Positions 47,520 to 57,152 of a DNA stretch of 64,000 nt are shown piece after piece. Source of the stretch: an uncultured Clostridiaceae bacterium (GTDB taxonomy: Bacteria > Bacillota > Clostridia > TANB77 > CAG-465); NCBI GenBank assembly GCA_964653805.1, contig CAZZFS010000001.1, forward strand, positions 74,911 through 138,910, in the 5' to 3' direction. The notes beneath the pieces were generated by a model, which worked only from the letters and a program-made list of their open reading frames with translations, was not told the origin of the DNA and searched no databases. The translations under genes were made by a program, and so were the position numbers. The stretch's first letter is position 1; each line of letters opens with the position of its first letter.

Positions 47520-48038
47520 TTATTTACCTGTACTACCAATTCCGCCAAGTCTTTCACCACTTGCATTATCGTTATCAGTAATTAAGAATTTTTGAAAATA
47601 AGCTTGTCCAATTCTATCACCTTTTTTTATTGTAATATCAGTTGGGAAAAAGTTATAAAATTGAAATATAATGTTTCCATCATTATCAGGATTTTCATAA
47701 TAATCACATTCAAATATTCCAATTGAATTAGACATTACAAGACCTACTTTAGAAGGTCCAGAACTTCTATTTGCTATTGTCATAACTTCATCTTCTTGGA
47801 AATATGCTTTTATACCAGTAAATACTTTAGTTGGTTTTATATCAAAATTCTCACTACTTTCTTTTGAAAAGAAAGGCAAGTTTTTAAAAACTGATTTCCA
47901 TATAGAAGGTATAACTATATCTTCTGGTGCACAGAAATCATATCCAACAGAATTTTTTGTACTTCTAACTGGTAATATTAAATTTTTATCTTCATATCCT
48001 TTACAAATTTCAAATCCTCTAGTTTTTTTTGTATTCAT
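47520..48038 (-). CDS. dut: dUTP diphosphatase (trimeric dUTPase family)
   Basis: SVGYDF, ANRSS, GDRIGQ and the C-terminal GERLGGIGSTG motifs. Confidence 0.8.
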   Translation of the reverse strand: MNTKKTRGFEICKGYEDKNLILPVRSTKNSVGYDFCAPEDIVIPSIWKSVFKNLPFFSKESSENFDIKPTKVFTGIKAYFQEDEVMTIANRSSGPSKVGLVMSNSIGIFECDYYENPDNDGNIIFQFYNFFPTDITIKKGDRIGQAYFQKFLITDNDNASGERLGGIGSTGK

Positions 48039-48093
48039 AATATTTTGTTCTCCTTTTAGCTATAATTTTTAGAAAATATAAAAAGTTAAATAA

Positions 48094-48978
48094 TTAATTT
48101 ATATTTTCTAAACGACTTATTCTATCCTCTATAGGAGGATGTGTTGAAAATAAACTATTTTGTTTTTTATCTTTGCTTTTTGCTTTTAATGGATTTACTA
48201 TGTACATGTGAGCAGTTGCTTTATTTGCGCTTTCTAAAGGACTACTGATTTCAGATAATTTTTGTAAAGCTGAAATTAATCCTTCTGGATTTCTAGTCAT
48301 TTCAACAGAACTAGCATCAGCTAAATATTCTCTTTTTCTTGATACAGCAAGCTGTATCATTGTAGAAAATATAGGTGAAAGTATTAAGAATACTAAACCT
48401 ATTAAGAGAACAATAGGATTGCTATTTTTATTATCAGAACCTCTAAAAAATATTGCTCTAGTTGCAATGTCAGATAAAATAACTATAAATCCTACAAAAA
48501 CAGATATTACAGTGGATAATAAAATATCATAATTTTTTATATGAGATAATTCGTGAGCCATAACTCCTTCTAATTCATATTTATTCATTTTTTCTATTAA
48601 TCCAGTTGTAAAACAGATTACTGCATTTTCAGGATTCCTACCAGTTGCAAAAGCATTTGGTGAAGGATCGTCAATTACATATAACTTTGGTCTTGGTAAA
48701 CCAGAAGCAATACATAAATTATCTAATATTGAACTAAGTAATTTATCTTGTTCTTCTGTAGCTGGTCTTGCATTAGAAATACCAAGAACTATTTTATCAC
48801 AATTATAGTATGAAATAAATGCTGAAAAACTAGCAAATATAATTGCAATAACAGCTGCAAAAGCACCTAAATCAAAAGCTACACAAATAAAATAAGTTGC
48901 TAACATTACTATTAATATAAATAAAGAAATAATAAAATAAGAATTTATTTTATTATCTCTAACTGATTTTAATATCAT
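48094..48978 (-). CDS. htpX: M48-family zinc metalloprotease HtpX
   Basis: Four TM segments, HELSHIKNYD (HExxH), and a downstream EYLAD. Confidence 0.85.
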   Translation of the reverse strand: MILKSVRDNKINSYFIISLFILIVMLATYFICVAFDLGAFAAVIAIIFASFSAFISYYNCDKIVLGISNARPATEEQDKLLSSILDNLCIASGLPRPKLYVIDDPSPNAFATGRNPENAVICFTTGLIEKMNKYELEGVMAHELSHIKNYDILLSTVISVFVGFIVILSDIATRAIFFRGSDNKNSNPIVLLIGLVFLILSPIFSTMIQLAVSRKREYLADASSVEMTRNPEGLISALQKLSEISSPLESANKATAHMYIVNPLKAKSKDKKQNSLFSTHPPIEDRISRLENIN

Positions 48979-48983
48979 AACGA

Positions 48984-49544
48984 TTAATCCTTACTAAAAT
49001 CAACAGCTACAGCTTCTTTTTGAGCAGCTTCTGTTATTTCGAAGAATTTTTCTTCTGTAAAATTAAACATTTTCGCAAAAATATTTCCTGGGAATGTCAT
49101 TATAGCTGTATTGTACATTTGAACAGTATCATTATAAAATTGTCTAGAGTATGCAATTTTATCTTCAGTTGAAGAAAGTTCCACTTGAAGTGCAGCAAAA
49201 TTTTCGTTTGCTTTTAAATCAGGGTAAGCTTCTGCAACAGCAAATAAAGATTTTAAAGTTCCAGTTAAAGCATTGTTTGCTTCAGCTTTAGAACCTACAT
49301 CAGAAGCATTTGAATAGTTGTTTCTAGCTTCAATAACTTCTCTTAATGTGTTTTCTTCATGTACCATATATCCTTTTACTGTTTCTACTAGATTTGGTAT
49401 AAGATCAAATCTTCTTTTTAATTGGGTATCAATTTGCGCCCACGCATTTTTTACTCTCATTTTTAATTGTACTAAATTGTTGTATAAAGCAATTACTAAA
49501 AAAATAAGAATTGCAATTATTCCTAAAATAATCCAAAATGTCAT
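48984..49544 (-). CDS. lemA: LemA family protein
   Basis: N-terminal TM, then [49 protein letters not shown] Shine-Dalgarno before the Met at 49544; the ORF track starts at 49565. Confidence 0.85.
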   Translation of the reverse strand: MTFWIILGIIAILIFLVIALYNNLVQLKMRVKNAWAQIDTQLKRRFDLIPNLVETVKGYMVHEENTLREVIEARNNYSNASDVGSKAEANNALTGTLKSLFAVAEAYPDLKANENFAALQVELSSTEDKIAYSRQFYNDTVQMYNTAIMTFPGNIFAKMFNFTEEKFFEITEAAQKEAVAVDFSKD

Positions 49545-49793
49545 AAATATACACCTTCCTTTCATATATCATTTGATAATGTACTTCTATATTTTAACAT
49601 GTAAATAAAATATATGCAATATATTGGGTGAAAAATTTAGAGAAATTATATTGAAAATAAAAATAAAAAATATTAATAAAATAAAAATAAAAAATAGAGT
49701 TTTTATATAGAAAATTAACTAAATATTGATAAAAATAAAATTATATGCTAGAATAGAATTGTAATATAAAACAAAAGAAAAAGTGGTGGTAAA

Positions 49794-51479
49794 ATGGAAG
49801 CTATAAAAATAGATAAACCTGTTGTAAAAAAGGTTGGAAATGATGGTAAAATAAACTATTATAAAAAAGTAGATTATTATATGAATATATATTATACAAA
49901 GTTATCTCAAAATATATATAAACAATTAGGAATAGATTTATTGAAAAATAAAACTTATATTGATGGAAAAGATAAATATATTATTACAGAAAAAAAAAAC
50001 ATGTATAACGAAATATATTTAGGTAGTGATATAACGTCTAATTTAGAATTATCAAAAATAAAAATTGATTTAAAAGATTTTTTGTTAAAAAATAGTATTG
50101 ATGAAGAAAATATTTCATATATTTGGAAAGAATTTTTAAAAATGAATTTGGCCGATATATATACTTTAAATACAAATAAAAATAACTCTGATTGGGGGAT
50201 TTTAATATTAGATAACAAGGCAAAACTTATTTATTGTTTTGATTATGATAATACATTTTTCCAAAATGCTTATCCAATGATAGGTATATCAGAAGCAATT
50301 GAAAATAAAAATATAACTAATAAAATGGTGCAAAAGTATAATATTAGAAAATATAAAAATATTTTAAGTGATGTTGTTGAACATATTGGTTTTGATATTG
50401 GAGAAGGAAGAAGATTTGTATTAAATAAAGATTTAAATATAAAAAAATATAGTATAAAAGAAACTATTAAATATATAATGCAAGAACTAGGTAATAAGGA
50501 ATATAAAGAATTAGAAAGAAAAATAAATATTCAAAAAGCTTTGCCTATTATTGATGATGAATTTGAAAATAAACAAGAACTTGAATTTTATGGATTACTT
50601 GCAAAATTACATATTTGTGTTATAAAAGCTAAATTGTTAAATATATGTTTTTTGGAACAAGAAATAAAAAATATAAATTTTTTATTAAGTATTAACAGTA
50701 AAATGTTTTCAAAATACGAAAGTTATGAATTAATAGAATTAATAAAAAAATTAGATATTAAAAAAGATGTAAAAGGTGCAGAAATATATATTGAAATGAA
50801 AAATGAAGAAGAAAGAAAATATGGTACTGAATTTGTAAAAGAAATGAAAAAACATAATTGGATATTACAGATACATTCAGCAAGTATCTATGATTTAACT
50901 AAAGAAGAAATTATAGATTATTTAGAATACTATAATAGTTTAGCATTAATATATAATAAAAAAATAAAATTAACTATTCATCCGGCTGAAGAAAAATGTT
51001 TAGATTTATCAATAGAAAAAACAATAGAAGGTATGAATTTTGTATCAAAATATATAAATGAAAATGATTTAAAATTAGAAATATTACTTGAAAACTTGAA
51101 TGAATTAAACAAAAAAAAAAGATGTAACATATATAAAACATATGAAGCATTAGAAAAGTTAAAGAAAATAGGAAATACTTTTGATGTAGGGCATTTTGTT
51201 TATGATTATTCAAATGATTATAAGGAATTAATAAAAGAACATATGGAAAAAACAAAAAATGTACATATACATGATATAAGTGATGATAGAGTGGATCATT
51301 ATCCTTTTTACTATAATAATGTTAAATTAAGCAAAATAGTGAAGTATTTAGAATTAATAAATTATAAAGGTAACGTTGTATTAGAGTATGGATTAGAATA
51401 TTTAAAAGGTAATAAATTTGAAGATAAAATAGATGAATATATAAAACAGATTGAACTAGTAAAAGAAAGTTTTGTATAA
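49794..51479 (+). CDS. 561-aa fusion: unknown N-terminal domain of about 330 aa plus a C-terminal xylose-isomerase-like TIM barrel (AP endonuclease 2 / sugar-phosphate isomerase fold)
   Basis: C-terminal motifs LQIHSAS, LTIHPAE, ILLENLNE, FDVGHF, VHIHDI..DRVDHYPF and VVLEY fit the metal-binding pattern of that fold. Confidence 0.55.
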   Translation: MEAIKIDKPVVKKVGNDGKINYYKKVDYYMNIYYTKLSQNIYKQLGIDLLKNKTYIDGKDKYIITEKKNMYNEIYLGSDITSNLELSKIKIDLKDFLLKNSIDEENISYIWKEFLKMNLADIYTLNTNKNNSDWGILILDNKAKLIYCFDYDNTFFQNAYPMIGISEAIENKNITNKMVQKYNIRKYKNILSDVVEHIGFDIGEGRRFVLNKDLNIKKYSIKETIKYIMQELGNKEYKELERKINIQKALPIIDDEFENKQELEFYGLLAKLHICVIKAKLLNICFLEQEIKNINFLLSINSKMFSKYESYELIELIKKLDIKKDVKGAEIYIEMKNEEERKYGTEFVKEMKKHNWILQIHSASIYDLTKEEIIDYLEYYNSLALIYNKKIKLTIHPAEEKCLDLSIEKTIEGMNFVSKYINENDLKLEILLENLNELNKKKRCNIYKTYEALEKLKKIGNTFDVGHFVYDYSNDYKELIKEHMEKTKNVHIHDISDDRVDHYPFYYNNVKLSKIVKYLELINYKGNVVLEYGLEYLKGNKFEDKIDEYIKQIELVKESFV

Positions 51480-51571
51480 AAATAAATATTATAAAATTGA
51501 ATAAATAATGAAAAAAATAAAGGTTAAATATGATTAAATGAAATTATATTTAACTTTTTTATATAATATTG

Positions 51572-51600
51572 TTGATTTTTTATGTAAAATGATATATAAT
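51572..51600 (+). promoter_or_regulatory. Promoter TTGATT-17 nt-TATAAT
   Basis: Hexamers at 51572-51577 and 51595-51600. Confidence 0.5.
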
Positions 51601-51660
51601 ATTCCGTATTAAAAGATTAAATATAAAGCTAATTAGCTGAATTTGAAAGTGAGGATTAAA

Positions 51661-51879
51661 ATGGCACGTAGAAAAAAGAAAGTAAGTGATTTCCAAATGT
51701 TTGATCAAAACGGGATTCATAAAATAACTGGAACTCGGTTTGATGAGGATGGTTATGATTGGGAAGGTTTTGATGTAGATGGTTTTGACCTGGAAGGAAA
51801 ACATATTAGTACTGGTAAAAAATATAATGCCTCGGGTTATGATTCGGAAGGTTATGATAAATATGGAAACTCAAAATAA
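51661..51879 (+). CDS. 72-aa miniprotein with a basic N-terminus and six or seven G-[YF]-D pentapeptide repeats
   Basis: MARRKKKVSDFQMFDQNGIHKITGTRFDEDGYDWEGFDVDGFDLEGKHISTGKKYNASGYDSEGYDKYGNSK. GTGAGGA Shine-Dalgarno before ATG 51661. Elevated GC (about 33-37% on sampled lines). Confidence 0.6.
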   Translation: MARRKKKVSDFQMFDQNGIHKITGTRFDEDGYDWEGFDVDGFDLEGKHISTGKKYNASGYDSEGYDKYGNSK

Positions 51880-52489
51880 GCGGTTAGAAGTAAATGAAGT
51901 TGACAAAGCTTTTAAAAAACTGCCGAAATTAAGAGGAGAGGTACAAAGTTATGAAGAATATTTGGAAGTTATAGCTGAATATTATGAATTAAATTGTTCC
52001 AAAAATTCTTTTTTTGAGAGAAAGGGTATAAATCAACATAAGTTTAATAGAATAGAAGCTTTTATGAAAAAGTATTTTTCTGTTAAAATTGAAGAAGCTG
52101 TTGTGAAAAGAAAAGAATATATGAAGAAAAAAAATGAACATCATATTTTAAATTTTCCAATTGTTATTAAGCAAATTAATGATGAAAATCTTGATATTGC
52201 TAGATTTTTAAATGGTGATTTAGATATTGAATGTTTAATTGAACTTACTTCTAGAAATTCAGCATATAAAAAGCATTTGAAAAAGCTTCATACAATTAGA
52301 GTGAATTTAAAAAAATACAAAGAACCATTCGACTTAAAGTCATATTTGTCAATGAATATACAAATTGCGGGTGTTAAAATCACACAGGAATTTGTAGAGG
52401 AAACTTTGGAATACATGAATGAAAACAGCATATTTATATGTAATTATACTGTTCAGGATTGTATAAGAAAAAGAATAAATGAAAAATAA
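51863..52489 (+). CDS. Hypothetical 208-aa protein, possible HTH (ERKGINQHKFNRIE)
   Basis: ATG 51863 overlaps the preceding stop by 17 nt. The upstream extension in the ORF track (51779) lies inside the previous gene. Elevated GC. Confidence 0.6.
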   Translation: METQNKRLEVNEVDKAFKKLPKLRGEVQSYEEYLEVIAEYYELNCSKNSFFERKGINQHKFNRIEAFMKKYFSVKIEEAVVKRKEYMKKKNEHHILNFPIVIKQINDENLDIARFLNGDLDIECLIELTSRNSAYKKHLKKLHTIRVNLKKYKEPFDLKSYLSMNIQIAGVKITQEFVEETLEYMNENSIFICNYTVQDCIRKRINEK

Positions 52490-52512
52490 AACGTAAAAAA
52501 TAATAAAAAGAG

Positions 52513-52543
52513 AAAGCATTGTAAATTTACAATGTTTTTTTTT
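52513..52543 (+). terminator. Rho-independent terminator
   Basis: Palindrome aaagcattgtaaa / tttacaatgtttt followed by a T-run. Confidence 0.7.
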
Positions 52544-52718
52544 GATTTTTATATATTATTTTGGTATTAAATAATATATTTGTAAAAATAAATAAAAATA
52601 TGTAAAAAATTGCTTTTTGTGTAAAAAAGAAGTATAATAAATTTAATTTAAATAAGGTAACCTAATAAAAAGATGAATAGTATATATAACAAAATTAATC
52701 AAAGAAGGAGATTAAGTT

Positions 52719-53246
52719 ATGAAAAAATTAATAATCTATAAATCAAAAACAGGATATACAGAAAAATATGCAAAATGGATAGCTTCGGAAACGGATGCCG
52801 AAATCTTTAGGTTAAAAGATGTTGATATAGATATAGTTAGAGACTATGATGTAGTTGTGTATTGTGGTGGGCTTTATGCAGGTGGAATACTTGGTTTTTC
52901 TTTTATAAAGAAAAATTTTAAAAAATTAGAAAACAAGAAAATAATAGTTGTTGCGGTAGGTGCAACTATAAAAAAAGAAGAGGCTGAAAAAGAAGTTAAA
53001 AATAAAAACTTATTACCTGAAATGGAAAATCAAATAGAATTTTTTTTACTTAGAGGTGGTTTGAATTACAAAAGAATGAATTTTTTTGATAAAGTATTAA
53101 TGTTTTTTTTGTTACAATCTAAAAAAATAAAAAGAAAAGATGAATTAGATGAGGAATCGAAAGGTTTGATTGCTACCTATGGAAAAACAGTAGATTTTAC
53201 AGATAAAAAATCCATTAATCCAATACTTAAATTGATGGAAGAATAA
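52719..53246 (+). CDS. Flavodoxin-like domain protein
   Basis: MKKLIIYKSKTGYTEKYAKWIA FMN-binding start. GAAGGAG Shine-Dalgarno. Confidence 0.7.
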   Translation: MKKLIIYKSKTGYTEKYAKWIASETDAEIFRLKDVDIDIVRDYDVVVYCGGLYAGGILGFSFIKKNFKKLENKKIIVVAVGATIKKEEAEKEVKNKNLLPEMENQIEFFLLRGGLNYKRMNFFDKVLMFFLLQSKKIKRKDELDEESKGLIATYGKTVDFTDKKSINPILKLMEE

Positions 53247-53393
53247 AAATTTAAAGTAATTAAATAAAAAAATAATGTATACATTTAATTTGATGTTATG
53301 CATTATTTTTTTATTTATATATATGTTTTTATATATGTTTTTATATATTTTTTAATTGTTTGTGTTGTTTATGTGAAATTTTAAAAAATGTTA

Positions 53394-53422
53394 TTGAAAT
53401 AAGTTTTTTTTTGCTATATAAT
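53394..53422 (+). promoter_or_regulatory. Promoter TTGAAA-17 nt-TATAAT
   Basis: Hexamers at 53394-53399 and 53417-53422. Confidence 0.5.
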
Positions 53423-53467
53423 TTGAATATAGGTTGGATAAATTAATCTAACAATAGGAGGTATAAT

Positions 53468-54625
53468 ATGTTAAAATCTAAAGTTGGATACAGTATAAAT
53501 GCTGATCCTTATGAAGCAGGTATGGAAACTGCTAAAATGGCAACAGATGGTATGAAAGGAAAATTTGCTTTTGTTTTTAATTCCGCTGGATATGATCAAG
53601 TTGAATTTATTAAAGGAATAAAAAAAGCTACACCAAAATTATCTTTTGTTGGTTGTACATCATTTGATGCAATTATTGTTCCAGATGGAGTTATAACTTC
53701 AGAAAATGGTTTTGCCGGAATGTTAGCTTTTGATGGTGATATAAGTGTTTCAACAGCTGCTGCAGCAAAATCAAACGATGCTAGAAAAACTGGTGCAAAA
53801 GTTGCAATGGATGCAATGAAAGCTTCAAAAAAACGTACTAAACCAGATTATTTTTTTATGAGTGCTAACCCTGCTGAAGAAGAGGAATATTTAAAAGGGA
53901 TTCAAGATGTTATAGGTAGAGTACCTTTTTTCGGTGGAAGTGCAGCAGATAATGATTTATCTGGAAAATGGAAAGTTTTTCACCAAGATGGTATTACAAA
54001 TGATGGTGTTGCAGTAGCATTTTTTTATACTGATAAAGAAGTAGTAACAACATATACAGGAGCATATAGAGAAACAACAGATGTTGGTGTTATAACTAAA
54101 GTTTCTGGAAATAGAATTTTAGAAGAAATAGATAATATAAAAGCAGTTGAAAAATATGCAAGTTGGAGAAAAATGGATACAAAAGATTTAATGGGTGGCG
54201 CTTTACTTACAGCTACTATTACTTCACCACTTGGTGTTAAAGATAGACTTGGGGATTTAGCTGTTATAAGACATCCAATGGGTGGAAATGAAGATTTATC
54301 TATGAATATAGGGAATAAACTTGCAGTTGGTACAGCAGTTGTTAGAATGGAAGCTACAGTTGATGAACTTGTAGAATCTACAAAAAACACTTTAAATGAA
54401 ACTAAAGAAAAATTAAATGATCCAGCTGCATATATGTTAATTCATTGTGGTGGAAGAAAAATTGGTATTGGAAATAGAATAAATGAAGTTCATGCTAATT
54501 TAAAAGAAGTTGCTGGTGATGTTCCATTTATAACTGCATTTACTTTTGGTGAATATGGTTATGGAGATGATCAAGCAAATGCTTGTGGAGGATTAATGCT
54601 ATCTTTTACAGGATTTGAGAAGTAG
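53468..54625 (+). CDS. Stand-alone FIST-domain (FIST_N + FIST_C) protein (tentative)
   Basis: 385 aa. Layout and the C-terminal ...PFITAFTFGEYGY... resemble FIST_C. Assignment by eye. Confidence 0.5.
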   Translation: MLKSKVGYSINADPYEAGMETAKMATDGMKGKFAFVFNSAGYDQVEFIKGIKKATPKLSFVGCTSFDAIIVPDGVITSENGFAGMLAFDGDISVSTAAAAKSNDARKTGAKVAMDAMKASKKRTKPDYFFMSANPAEEEEYLKGIQDVIGRVPFFGGSAADNDLSGKWKVFHQDGITNDGVAVAFFYTDKEVVTTYTGAYRETTDVGVITKVSGNRILEEIDNIKAVEKYASWRKMDTKDLMGGALLTATITSPLGVKDRLGDLAVIRHPMGGNEDLSMNIGNKLAVGTAVVRMEATVDELVESTKNTLNETKEKLNDPAAYMLIHCGGRKIGIGNRINEVHANLKEVAGDVPFITAFTFGEYGYGDDQANACGGLMLSFTGFEK

Positions 54626-54633
54626 GTGGGAAA

Positions 54634-56070
54634 ATGAAAAATTTAATAGGTGATAATTGGTGCGAATCAAGTGATAATGCAAAACTTGATGTTGTAAATC
54701 CAGCAACTGGTGAAGTTATAGATACTGTACCAGAAACAGCTGTAGAAGATGTAGATTTAGTAGTAAATGTTGCAAGAGAAGGATATAAAACATGGTCAAA
54801 TAGACCTATGCATGAACGTGGTGAAATATTATTAAAATTCACTAAGCTAGTTTTAGAAAAAAAAGATGAACTTGCAAAATTATTAAGTGATGAAACTGGG
54901 AAACCAATAAAAGAAGCTATAGGAGAAATAGCAAATATTCAAATAGGAGTACCTTCTTTTGTTGAAAGAGCAAAACATGAATATGGTAATTTGATTTTTA
55001 ATGGACAAGAAAAAGGACAAGAAAATACTATTCAATATACAACACAATCTCCAGTTGGAGTTGTAGTTGCAATAATTCCTTTTAACTTTCCTTGTGATTT
55101 GTTTTGTCAAAAGGTTCCTAGTGCATTAATAATGGGGAATGCTGTTATATTAAAACCATCAGGACATAATCCTTTAACTTTAATAAAATTAGTTGAATTA
55201 TTAGTAGAAGCCGGTGTAGATAAAGGTGCTATAAATGTAATAAATGGAGCTGGTGCTCCTGTTGCACAAGCATTAGCTGCGCATAAAGGTGTAAATTTAG
55301 TTAGTTTAACAGGTTCAACAAAAGCAGGAATGCAAGTTATGGAAATATGTAGTAAGAATTTAACTCATGTTACTTTAGAATTAGGCGGAAATGATGCCTT
55401 TATTTTAGATGAAGATGGAGATATTGATTTAGCAGTAGAAGAAACAATTTGGGGAAGATTATATAATACAGGACAAGTTTGTTGTGCTAGTAAAAGATTT
55501 TTAATAAATAATAAAGTTAAAAAAGAATATATACAAAAATTAATAGTAAGAATTGATAAAATGAAACTTGGAATGCCATCTGAAATGGATGTTGAATTAG
55601 GTTGTTTAATAAGTGAACAGGCTGCTAAAATGGTTGAAGAACAAGTAAATAAAACTATTGAACAAGGTGCTAAACTTTTAATAGGTGGAGTACGTAAAGG
55701 TGCTTTTTATCCTCCTACTATAATAGATGAAGTAACAGCAGATATGGATGTTGCAAAAGATATGGAGATATTTGGACCGGTTATTTCAATAATTGGATTT
55801 GATGATATAGATGAAGCTGTGAAAATAGCAAATCAATCTTCATATGGGTTATGTGGATCTATAATTTCAAGAGATATGAATAAATGTTTTAAAGTTGCAA
55901 ATGCTTTAGAATGTGGTGGTTCTGTTATAAATGGAGCTAGTTTCTTTAGATCATTTGAAATGCCTTTTGGAGGATGGAAACATTCTGGAATAGGTAATGA
56001 AGGTGTATCTTCAACATTAAAAGAAATGTCAAAAACAAAAACGATTGTTTTGAAAAATGTTTTAAAATAA
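54634..56070 (+). CDS. NAD(P)+-dependent aldehyde dehydrogenase family protein
   Basis: FNFP, TLELGGNDAF (catalytic Glu), GQVCCASKRF (catalytic Cys), and EIFGPV. AGGTGGG Shine-Dalgarno; starts 9 nt after the FIST gene. Confidence 0.9.
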   Translation: MKNLIGDNWCESSDNAKLDVVNPATGEVIDTVPETAVEDVDLVVNVAREGYKTWSNRPMHERGEILLKFTKLVLEKKDELAKLLSDETGKPIKEAIGEIANIQIGVPSFVERAKHEYGNLIFNGQEKGQENTIQYTTQSPVGVVVAIIPFNFPCDLFCQKVPSALIMGNAVILKPSGHNPLTLIKLVELLVEAGVDKGAINVINGAGAPVAQALAAHKGVNLVSLTGSTKAGMQVMEICSKNLTHVTLELGGNDAFILDEDGDIDLAVEETIWGRLYNTGQVCCASKRFLINNKVKKEYIQKLIVRIDKMKLGMPSEMDVELGCLISEQAAKMVEEQVNKTIEQGAKLLIGGVRKGAFYPPTIIDEVTADMDVAKDMEIFGPVISIIGFDDIDEAVKIANQSSYGLCGSIISRDMNKCFKVANALECGGSVINGASFFRSFEMPFGGWKHSGIGNEGVSSTLKEMSKTKTIVLKNVLK

Positions 56071-56455
56071 ATTAAAAAGATTTGATGAATAAAAAATAAA
56101 AGTGTTAACATTAATTTTGTTAATGCTTTTGTTTTTTTTTTGTTAAAAAACATTAAAAAACATAATAAATTAGATAATAAAAAAAATACAAAAAAACATC
56201 TTGAAAAAAAATACAATATATGTTAACATTATACATGTAGAATATATAGGAGGTTGTTTTATGCAGATTATCATTACACATCTAAAAATTATTATGGAGA
56301 TAATTTGAAATAATCAATAATAAAAATATTTAAAATAATTAAAAATACAACAAAAAAATAAGAGTTGAATATGAAAATATAAGTTATATGGTTGAGAGCA
56401 TGATGTTTAAAAAGTATTTAGATGTTATGCCTTTTTTTGAAATGAGGTAAATATT

Positions 56456-57031
56456 ATGGAAGAAATAGAATTAACTTTTAGATTAGAAAATACTCGTGAA
56501 GAAATAGAAGAAATATTAAAAAAAGACGAATTTAAGTTTGTAAAAAAATATACAGTAAGAGACATATATATGTGTCTTGATTGTGTAGATATTATTAATA
56601 CAAAAAATAGAGATATCTTAAAAGATAGTATAATAATTAGAAGTGCTGAAGATAAAGTAGCTGTTATATATAAAAAGAAAATATATGATGAAAAAGGTTC
56701 AACTATATATCGTGAAAGATATGATATGGGTGTTGACAATGTTGATAATGCTTTAAAAATATTTAAAAATATTGGATATAAAGAATTAATTACTATGACA
56801 GACTCAATTTCAGAATATAAGTATAAAAATACAAAATTATTTTTAGAAGAAGTTGATGATTTAGGTTCTTTCTTAGAAATAGAATTAGATGCCGGTAATT
56901 CAAAAGATAGTTTTTTAGAACAAGCTGTGTATAATTTAAGAAGATCTGAATTTAAATTTAATGAAAAACTATTTGATGTGAAAAAAGCAGAAGAAATGAT
57001 TAATTTTAAATATAAAAAAAATGAAGAGTAA
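56456..57031 (+). CDS. CYTH-domain protein (class IV adenylate cyclase / triphosphate tunnel metalloenzyme family)
   Basis: N-terminal EIELTFRL (ExExK-type), beta-barrel spacing, and FLEIEL near the C-terminus. Confidence 0.65.
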   Translation: MEEIELTFRLENTREEIEEILKKDEFKFVKKYTVRDIYMCLDCVDIINTKNRDILKDSIIIRSAEDKVAVIYKKKIYDEKGSTIYRERYDMGVDNVDNALKIFKNIGYKELITMTDSISEYKYKNTKLFLEEVDDLGSFLEIELDAGNSKDSFLEQAVYNLRRSEFKFNEKLFDVKKAEEMINFKYKKNEE

Positions 57032-57152
57032 AAATGAAATAAATTTAAATAAAGTAACTAAAGTGTTAATTAAATGAATAATGTTTTAGTTGCTTTTTTA
57101 TTAGAAAATATGTAGTGGATTTTGAATGTTATAGAAAAAGTAGGTGTGATTA

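Noticed and set aside
47520-49544. The dut-htpX-lemA cluster considered as a novel system.
   Set aside because: LemA next to an M48/HtpX-type protease is a widespread, already-noted gene pairing, and nothing unusual is seen in these copies.
51779-51862. Upstream extension of the 236-aa ORF in the track, and the 51643 start of the 78-aa ORF.
   Set aside because: The extension lies inside the 72-aa gene in another frame. ATG 51863 and ATG 51661 (with a GTGAGGA Shine-Dalgarno) are the better starts.
56261-56308. 15-aa Ile-rich mini-ORF (MQIIITHLKIIMEII) with a strong TAGGAGG Shine-Dalgarno, considered as an attenuation leader peptide. A 20-aa ORF at about 56388-56450 was also considered.
   Set aside because: Ile codons are abundant by composition here. 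No alternative terminator/antiterminator structure was found, and the downstream gene (CYTH) has no link to Ile biosynthesis.
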